Shown here: piece by piece, positions 1-64,000 of the stretch
How the letters are laid out: each line of letters begins with the position of its first letter
Numbering within the stretch: position 1 is the first letter of the stretch
NCBI GenBank assembly: GCA_002269645.1
Contig: NIVC01000157.1
Location: forward strand, 186,001 to 250,000
DNA from: Macrostomum lignano
Lineage: Eukaryota
Direction of reading: 5' to 3'
Length of the DNA: 64,000 nucleotides
Notes under the pieces: model-generated
Seen by the model: the letters and a program-made list of their open reading frames with translations, nothing else
What the model was told of the DNA's origin: nothing
The model's database searches: none
Program-made: the position numbers and the translations under genes

Positions 1-240
1 CCTATGAGATCCTTCCTTATGCGATCCCTATGAGATTCTTATGAGATCCCTATGAGATCCTTATGAGATCCTTATGAGATCCCTATGAGATCCCTATGAG
101 ACCCTTATGAGACCCTTATGAGATCCTTATGAGATTCCTATGCGATCCTTATGAGATCCCTATGCGATCCTTATGAGATCCCTATGCGATCCTTATGAGA
201 TCTCTATGAGATCCCTATGAGATCCTTATGAGATCCCTAT
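1..240. repeat. 11-12 bp minisatellite (cctatgagatc[c]), cut off by the window start
   Basis: Directly visible tandem units. Confidence 0.95.
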
Positions 241-1239
241 GAATATGCAACTGGAAGCCCTCATAAAGCCTCACGAAACCATCATCTCATAGTCCTAACA
301 CTGAACTATAAAAAATAAAAAATATACATTGAATGAATAATCACAAAGACCAAACAAGGATATAATAATATTTTACACCCGTTTACAAATTATTAATAAA
401 AGTAAACAGTCAACACACAAACTGTGTTACATAAGACAATTGAGTTGGTAACTAGACTTATATTCCCTATCTAATCATATAGATATGCACATGAGATACA
501 TTGCGGGCCAGAACGGGACATAAACACGGGAGCAGAGGGTGCAGAGGGTGAGAATTGGCTTTGAACAAGCGGTTAAATTGCAGACAAGAGGTGAAAAGAA
601 ATACAAGGTGACTGAACAACAGAGCTAGTATATGCATGAATAATATAAAATATGAGTGACACTGGATGCCAAGATTGACAAAAAATTATGATAGACTAAA
701 AATAAAACTGCAGACAACAATGCATTGCGGATTCGAATAAATAAATAGAAATAGTATATCATGATAATAATATTTAAAACTTGTATAAATAAAACACGGG
801 GACAATAAAAATCCGATTAAGAAAGCTGAGCGCCAATAAATAGCGGTGCATGCTCACTTCAAGGTTATTAGTCAAACAATTTTTAAAGATTATGCAACAA
901 AAAAAACAGAATTGATTGTTGACCGATCTCTTAGAAACACAAATATTTAGTAGACGTGCAGAAAAAAAGCAAATATATTTTCATATTTCTACTTACAGTA
1001 GACTGATGCGGACAGTAGTATATATTAATAAAAAAAATTTTAACACAGAAAAGCGTGAGTAGAGATTAGCCAGCTACTTGAACAGATTTCATATTCATAT
1101 ATGCGTATATCTTACAACAATGCCAGTTGAAAAGAAACAGCAAAAAAATTATTACCAAATATTTACAATTTAAGCAAACAAAAAACACGCAGAAAAACAA
1201 CAAACACGACTAAAAAAGCAAATAGTCAAAGTTGCTTGA

Positions 1240-1245
1240 TTTATT
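1240..1245 (-). terminator. Candidate polyadenylation signal (AATAAA) of the Groucho gene
   Basis: tttatt on + strand, about 140 nt downstream of the TGA, in an AT-rich 3' region. Confidence 0.4.
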
Positions 1246-1384
1246 TTTGTCAATTGCACAGAATCTACAGTTAAATTAAAACACAAACACATTGCCAACG
1301 AGGATAAACACCTGGCCATAATAGGTAATATTAATAACAATAATAAAATTTCGGATTCGAACCCGCGTCCCTCGCAGTCTCAAG

Positions 1385-20950
<19,566 letters not shown>

Positions 20951-21677
20951 CTTCATTGACATTCAGGTTTTGTAGCTACAATTTAGTTTAAAATAGACAT
21001 ATTCAAATTTATGTTAAAAATAAAAATACTGGTCTAATACTAAAATATCCGTTCAACAAGTGTTTACAATTTGTCGCGACTCGCTAGGAGTTAGGACAAG
21101 GTCACAGGTGAATAAAAATTTAACACAATCAGAGAACTATACACTAATCGCGCCAGTAAAATGTATAGCCTGAAACTTAAAGACTAGGCATTAGGACTTA
21201 GGACGCACGGGGTTAACTTAGAGCCGCAGAGGTATCCTTTCACATCCAAAACTAGATAGAACGAACCTTTGAAGAGAATAAAAATCTTATATTTCAGTAA
21301 GTTAATTTTTGCCCTCTGGTTTAACAAATTACCTTAGTAAAACAATGACCTTTTGCTAGCTAACCTTTAAACTTAAAATTACTAAGCTACTAAAAATTTC
21401 TGTTCTAGAAATTATTAGACAACAAGGTTATATTTGTTGAAAACAACTCCAATAAAAACCGGAACATTTAGAGATACCATCAAATGTCAAAATCAAAACT
21501 TTAAACTCAGCAATCAGCATCTATCCCATGTATTGCTAAACGAAAATTTAAAAGTTTGCTTTAAGATCGTTTTAACTTCAAATTTGTTTTATATTGAAAA
21601 CTGTTTGTTTGTCACTGCATGGTGGTACATGTGTTGTGAGCTGCGCCTCACAATGCCCGTGCCCCGACCCCTGCGCT

Positions 21678-21852
21678 CTCCGCCCCCCTCTCCCTGCCAC
21701 TGGCTTTTTCTGGCTTGCCCCTCAGTCTAAAGCTGCCAATTATTTTTTTTCTCATTTTCATTTACCCCCATTTTTATTGACTGGCGTCTTTTCATCTCTC
21801 TCTCGTGTGGGCTGGTCCAATCATGTGTCTCGCCGCGGAGGCACCTGATTGG
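21678..21852 (-). promoter_or_regulatory. Candidate Groucho promoter elements: GC box and two opposed CCAAT boxes
   Basis: GGGGGCGGAG on minus at 21678-21687; CCAAT at 21817 and ATTGG at 21848 (31 bp apart), in a GC-rich island 0.7-0.9 kb upstream of the ATG. TSS unknown. Confidence 0.3.
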
Positions 21853-22639
21853 CTAGCCTTCCCTTTCTTCTCTCTTGCCCTTCAACTCTGTGAGTTTTGC
21901 CCCCACCCCCCCCAGCCCTGCGTGGCTAAGCCCACCCACCTCAGTTCCCTGTTCAGTGCTCACCCAGTGTTTATGTGCGCGCGCGGCCCTCGCCTGGCTC
22001 TCGCCCTCCCTGCTCTCCCTCTACCACTACGAACTTTGTGCTTGAGCAGAATAGAATATTAGAGGTCACGCCTGCATGAGCGCGACAAGTGATCCCACCC
22101 GCGGTAAGACAGTGTTTGCTTTCGTTAATTTGTCCCGTCTCCATTATACACTTCTTTCGCCACCGTCTTCCAGCTTCGGGTCTGCGAAGTGTCTGTACGC
22201 CTCCAGACCTGTGCTCCCTCTGCTGCTGCTGAGTGGCTACCTGCTCACAGCCTCCTCATCTGCATCTCCCTCTCTCCGTGGGGCTGGCCGAGTGTCTGTA
22301 CGCTCCCAGCCTCTCCACTCCCACCTCGAAGTGTCCGTACGCCTCGGGGGTAACCACTCTCTCGCCTATCCCACCCGGCAAGCTCTGGGCAGTCCAGTAC
22401 CCGAACCCCTGATCAACCCGTCTGCGGTCCGCACGGACGGAAGCAGAAAATACAACACATGTATATTAATATTAGCTGTACGTACGTATGCTGCACTGTA
22501 TTAAAGTTGCCCAATATCAATTCGAATTCATACCAAACTTTGGGCTTACTGGTTTGAATTGATTACTGGATTCTTGTTGGGGCATGCTTCGCTGCAGGAG
22601 GCACACAAAAATTCGAAAAAGTACAAAAAAGGTTACTGT

Positions 22640-24610
22640 GTAGGGCGGACGAAATTAGGAGGCCTCCGCTGTCGTGCCGAACGTCTTTTGCGCTGGTGGG
22701 ACGACCGGGTCGATCGCAGCTTCGGCGTCGCCGCCGTGGTCGCCATTGGACTGGTGCTGGTAGCCGGAGCCGGCTGCTGCTCATCGGTCAGTTGCAGAGA
22801 GCCGCGCCGCTCCACGAACAGCTTGAAGCGGTCATGGTGCACCACGAGCTTGCCACGCCGCCGAACCTCTGGGCCAGGTGCAATGCAGCCGCAATTGATA
22901 GTTGACCTCACCCAGCAGCCTTGAGTACGACGTTGGCCGCCCCGTCCAGCGGGTCTTGGAGCGACCGGGCCTTACCGTCTTGCAGCTTAGCATACCAGAT
23001 CACCTTGGTTGTAAGGGCTGAAACCGCACGTCGTTGTTGTATTATTCATTTCTCTCAGTCTGCGCGTTCTGAAGCTTCTGGTGAAAGCGCCTCCGGCTCT
23101 GCAACAGCCGCTTCTGAACATCCTCGACGTACTCCAGAGTATCCGAAACGCCGCTGTTGATGTGCGGCAGCTTGACATCCAGCGGCAGTCTTGGTGGCCC
23201 CCCCTGTAGCACTTGAAACGCGGAAACAGACAGTCGTACAGTGCGCAGAGCTGCTGAATGCCCATGTGACAAAGGCAGGTGTACATCCCAGTCGTCCTGG
23301 CTCTCCACTACGACCGTCGCCAACATGTCACCGAGAGTGCGGTTGCCGCGCTCTACCAGGGCCGTTGCCGCTCGGATGAAGCGGGGACGTTCGAGTCTTT
23401 CGCATGCCGAGCTTCTGGCACAGAGACTGAAACAGCTGGCTCTCAAATTGGCGGCCCTGGTCACTGTGAATAGTGTCCGGAACTCCGTGAAGTAGGGTTA
23501 CTTGGTGGACCAAAACATCAGCAACTCGCTCGGCCGCGATACTTGGTATAGCACAGGCTTCCATCCATTTGGAGATACTTTAGAATGTAGCTGTTGTTTC
23601 GAGGTGTCCTTGGCAACGGCCCCTAATGTCGATTTGCACGCGGCGCCGGCTGTGCTGTAGTCTGCAGAGGAGCTCGCTGAGGTCGACTATTGTTCTTGCG
23701 TCGAAGGCATGCTGCACAGCTGGCGACGCAGTTCTGAGCATAATGCTGCATATTTTGCCACCAGCAGCGCTCCCGCAACTTCTGCGGTGTTCTGTCCGCG
23801 CCGAGGTGACCGTTAGCTGCTGCATCGTGGGCGTCGGCCAAGAACTCGGCTCGGATGGCTCGGAACGACCGGCTTTCCTTGCCTGACCAGTGCGCCATGC
23901 GGTCCGATCTTAACTCCGCCGTCGCCCAAAAACTCCTCGAACTTCTGCCGACCGCTGTTGGACAGGTGCTCGCGTCCCTCGGCGAGCGCCTTGAAGACAC
24001 TCTGTAGAAGTGCATCGCGTTGCTGTTCCTCCAGAAAGTCTTGATCCCTGCTGCTGTCGAGTTGAGTGGTGGCGGTTCGACTCAGCATGGGCCGGGACGA
24101 CATTCTCTTGACCAGGCCGATAGCAGAGCGTGAAGTTGAATTGCTGGACTACCGTACGAATAGCCATTACCAACTGTCAATTCTGCCCTACTACAAACCA
24201 TTTTTTCGGCGCGTCGTGTCAAGCCAGCGCGCCAGACGCCCTTCAGGTTCCTTAGTCTGCAGCAGGCCCTTCAGTGGCTGATGATCGATGAACGCAGTGA
24301 AGTGCTTCACGTTACACATGTACGACCTGAAATGTTTTAGGCTCCAGACTAAGGCGAGCAGGCGGGCACCTCTTGTCATGGCGGCTGTCAGTGTCTCCAG
24401 TTGCTGCTCGAGTTGGACCAGCCGGTCGTCAACCGCGGAGACCATAGGAGAACTTGCCGGGCGTGTTCTTGCTCATCACCTGCTCCAGTCTGGTGGCTCT
24501 CTCGTCCAGCGTGCCCAATAAATCTATGTATCCGAGTCGCTCTCCTTGAGCAGGGTTTCGCGTATCCCTTCGCTTAATAGCTGGATAATTCTGAACTTGA
24601 CCTCCCTGTG
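22640..24610 (-). mobile_element. Decayed, internally deleted Ty3/Gypsy LTR-retrotransposon (gag-like piece, RNase H, integrase)
   Basis: Frameshifted motifs: RNase H LALVWSLKHFRSY...FIDHQPLKGLL...GRLARWL; linker QQFNFTLCYRPGQENV; H2C2 AHD...GHLG...CWW..M...VASCAAC; integrase core GVPDTIHSDQGRQFES...TSPLHPSGNG and ERGNRTL...WDVHLP. No LTRs identified. Confidence 0.85.
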
Positions 24611-26821
24611 ACTGTGATAAAGTTACACAGTACTACGTAACAAGTTTACCAAAGGGCCGCCCCACTATATGAAGTTTATATACATGTACATGTAGTGTAC
24701 AGTTGTAATTTTAATGTGTGAACTACTAACAAGCTCAAAGAAAGACTACTGTACAGTGTATATTAGAGGCCAGAATTTAATTGCAAGACTGCTTAGTTGT
24801 GTGCACTTTTTGAGATATTTTCTTTGGCGATCGAATGCATGTATGATACACGTTGATGAGCGCGTATTATACTATTTATTTCTGTTGTAACAACGGTAAC
24901 TTCTAGTGGTCCTTGAATACATCATGTAAAAAATGCATCTAAGCTCCCGACCTGTCCTTTTAGCGGGATAAGATATTTCAGTATTAGCAGGCTCGCACTC
25001 ACGTGATCGCCAAGCGTGCCAGTGAAGGCAACACCACTGCCAAGTGCGGGAAGTCCAGCAGATCTTGTGTGGTATTAGGTACAGCGCCCGTACATGTCGC
25101 TGCTTAGGTTTCGTAGAGCTAGGGTTGACATGCAGGCTAAAGGGATCGAGGTTGCAGAACTTTAGGGTGTTAGCGGACACCAAGGTCCAGCAATAGAGTC
25201 CACTGCTTCGGCGGAACTGCGTTTAGCTAGTAGGTCTTCGAGCATCAGCTGCAGCTATAGGGTGTCCCGGTTTGTCACTTTCTCCAGTTCCCTAACCAAA
25301 GGAGGTCAAGATCGTTCGTGCCTCCTCTGAAGGAGCAGCTTTGGTGCAGGGGGGGGGGGGGGTACGCGCGAAACAACCAAATTCAGCAAGCCACTGTGCA
25401 GGTAGGTCGAAGGTCGAGCTACATGTTATAGTCCTCTGCCAATGTGCACAATCGGTTTCACGAGCTGGCTCCAAAAGTCCTTAGCATGGAGACCTGCTGG
25501 CTTAACCAAGGATAGAAAAAACCTCTTGTAGCGAGCTAATCAGTCCAGCTGCAGGTCATGAGCTAACTATAGCATGTGCTGGCATGGTGCGACGCCAGAG
25601 TCTTTAAGGGCTCCCGCCGGCAGATCAGAGTGCCGAATCTGAGGTTGCTACTTGGTACAGCTGGGCCAATACTGTTGGGCCTCGCGATCATCATGTTCCG
25701 GGGCGCCAGCCGACGGATCCAGGTTTGGGACTTCGCAGAGGCCTGGGCAATCCTTAGCACGTCTGGCTGCTATGCCACGGAGTCCCACGGTACAGTCGAA
25801 GCCATAGTTTCCCTTTAATCGGCTATGACTTCGAAATTCAAAGCAAAAGACAGATGCTTAATTGGCAAGTTAGTTTTGAGCCCTTTTCTAGCCGAAAAAA
25901 CCCAGTTTCGAGAGAGCTTTCGATGATTTAGAAGACCGCACCTGGTTAATTCTTCGAAAGTGTACGTTTCGATGTAACTGTACGTGCACGTACTCTGATT
26001 ATATAATTGATAGATATGGTCATATGGCAATATAACAAAAAGGGGCAAACTGAAAAGTCATTTTGTTTGTATTTTTTTATTTTTCGCGTTTCCTCGATAC
26101 TTTGAGATATGCGCAAAAATTTATACGGTTTTTTTCTGTTTTAACAAAGCAAAGCTCTACTGCGTACATGTACATATGCATGCATAATGTACATGTAAAT
26201 AATGCAGCAGTTATAGACATGAATTCCAGCTGTAACTGATGTAAGTATTTAATATTAAAATAACAGATCGATGATGACCTTTCCGCGCTCTCATCGATTT
26301 TATTCCAAAAAAGAAAAAGTTACTAATCACCACAAACAAATAAAGCCCCGCGATTTTTCAAGAAGCGATCGAAGTTTCCATGGCAGCTCTTGCTGACATG
26401 TACTGCATGATGTATGTATTTACCATGTAGCCCAAACATTGTAAATATCATTTACTTCGGCTGTCAGGCAAACAAACATTAAATAAGCTCAGATTTTAAA
26501 ATCAAAGGCAGAATATTTTAAAACATTAGCAGCCTAGCGCTCTTTATTAAAATTTACTTCTTTTAAAATCAATCACAATTAATAAGTGCAATCAAAAGTA
26601 CTCTGCTGCTTGGTGTGATGACGTACAGTGTATAGTTGTGTTGTGAAAGGGGTTAAGGGGAAGTGGGGTAGGAATGCTCATTATCCACGATGCTTCACTC
26701 ATTGCTTACTTATTTGTTCCTTCCTTCCTTTTCCCTTTCTCACCTTTTTGCTTTGCGTTACATGCACAAGAGATCGAGACCCTTAAGGATCTAATTGTTG
26801 CTTGCGTACGCGCTCGCTAAA

Positions 26822-26856
26822 TATAAGAAGCGACTGGCTCTTTCGGAGCTTCAGTC
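26822..26856 (+). promoter_or_regulatory. Candidate ferlin core promoter: TATA plus initiator
   Basis: TATAAG at 26822 and TCAGTC at 26851, with the +1 A 31 bp from the TATA. Confidence 0.4.
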
Positions 26857-27279
26857 TCTCTTCCGCAGTAGACACGGTCTTCTAAAACTGTGCAATATTA
26901 GGGACAATTCATTTGTTTTATATTTCGTCTGGTTCATCGACTGATAGTTTTAGCAACAAAAATCTACCTAATTGCAAATTCAAAATTTGATGGTATTATT
27001 ATTATATTTTTTCGACAGTATTTTGCTCTTTCAGTATATGCTTGCACGGCTAGCACAATTATTTTTAATTTGTTTTAAAGTTTAACAATATGAACTCCTA
27101 TTCTTAATAGCGTGCGCGCAAATTCAACTTCTAACTTCGAATTACTTTAAAGCGTGAGCTAGACCTGGGCATCTCACTCCGCTGTTTCGATGCCAAACCA
27201 AATATATTTTGAGTTGCTCAACTTTTCCAAAGCTTACTCCTGAATTTTTTTAGCTTTAATTCAACTTCATAGAGTAATA

Positions 27280-63880
<36,601 letters not shown>

Positions 63881-64000
63881 GTGAGATCCATGAAGCTGTG
63901 GGAATGGGGAGGTTGAAACGTAGGGTTGAGATTAGGTGAGAAGTAGGGTTGAGATTTATTGAGAAGTAGGGTTGAGATTAGGAGAGAGTTAGGGATGAGA

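Noticed and set aside
1350-1384. tRNA-like B-box (gggttcgaatcc on minus) immediately after the Groucho stop codon
   Set aside because: No A-box, acceptor stem or paired anticodon stem could be built. At most a SINE/tRNA scrap, not a tRNA gene.
21600-22500. GC-rich block as the 3' LTR of the Gypsy relic
   Set aside because: I could find no second copy upstream of the gag-like piece and no clear TG...CA ends, PPT or PBS.
24870-26050. Several 60-100 aa ORFs in unique intergenic DNA
   Set aside because: No recognisable motifs, splice pairing or promoter context. Probably unrecognised repeat remnants.
63915-64000. Telomere-like tagggtt motifs at the window end
   Set aside because: They are embedded in an approximately 23-bp minisatellite unit inside a ferlin intron, not (TTAGGG)n.

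Overview
This is eukaryotic (metazoan) genomic DNA, not prokaryotic. It holds two divergently transcribed, intron-rich genes. On the minus strand is a complete Groucho/TLE co-repressor gene: 10 coding exons, ATG at 20950, stop at 1385, about 832 aa. On the plus strand is a type-I ferlin (myoferlin/dysferlin-like) gene: 24 coding exons from ATG 27280 to 63880, with the C-terminus and transmembrane exon beyond the window. All ferlin exon phases join except for a 1-nt deficit in a C-run at 39128-39132. Most ORFs in the supplied track are artefacts of tandem repeats or antisense shadows of real exons. About 35 largely unrelated micro/minisatellite arrays fill the distal introns of both genes, often running to within 10-30 bp of splice sites. 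The region just downstream of each gene's first coding exon is instead array-free, AT-rich and strongly CpG-depleted. Mobile DNA includes a decayed Ty3/Gypsy pol fragment between the genes, several MITE-like TIR elements, three copies of a tRNA-derived SINE, an inverted pair of Helitron-like elements and a 21-codon Helitron helicase relic. The most interesting signals are a compact intronless TATA-Inr-ORF-polyA unit (121-aa unknown protein) nested in a ferlin intron, a cluster of candidate alternative exons in the ferlin linker matching the dysferlin exon-40a position, a 12-nt microexon candidate, and a symmetric CpG-decay footprint. The repeat-laden, poly-Ala/Gly-rich style is reminiscent of the flatworm Macrostomum lignano, but that is an unverified inference. 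All coordinates and counts were derived by hand.
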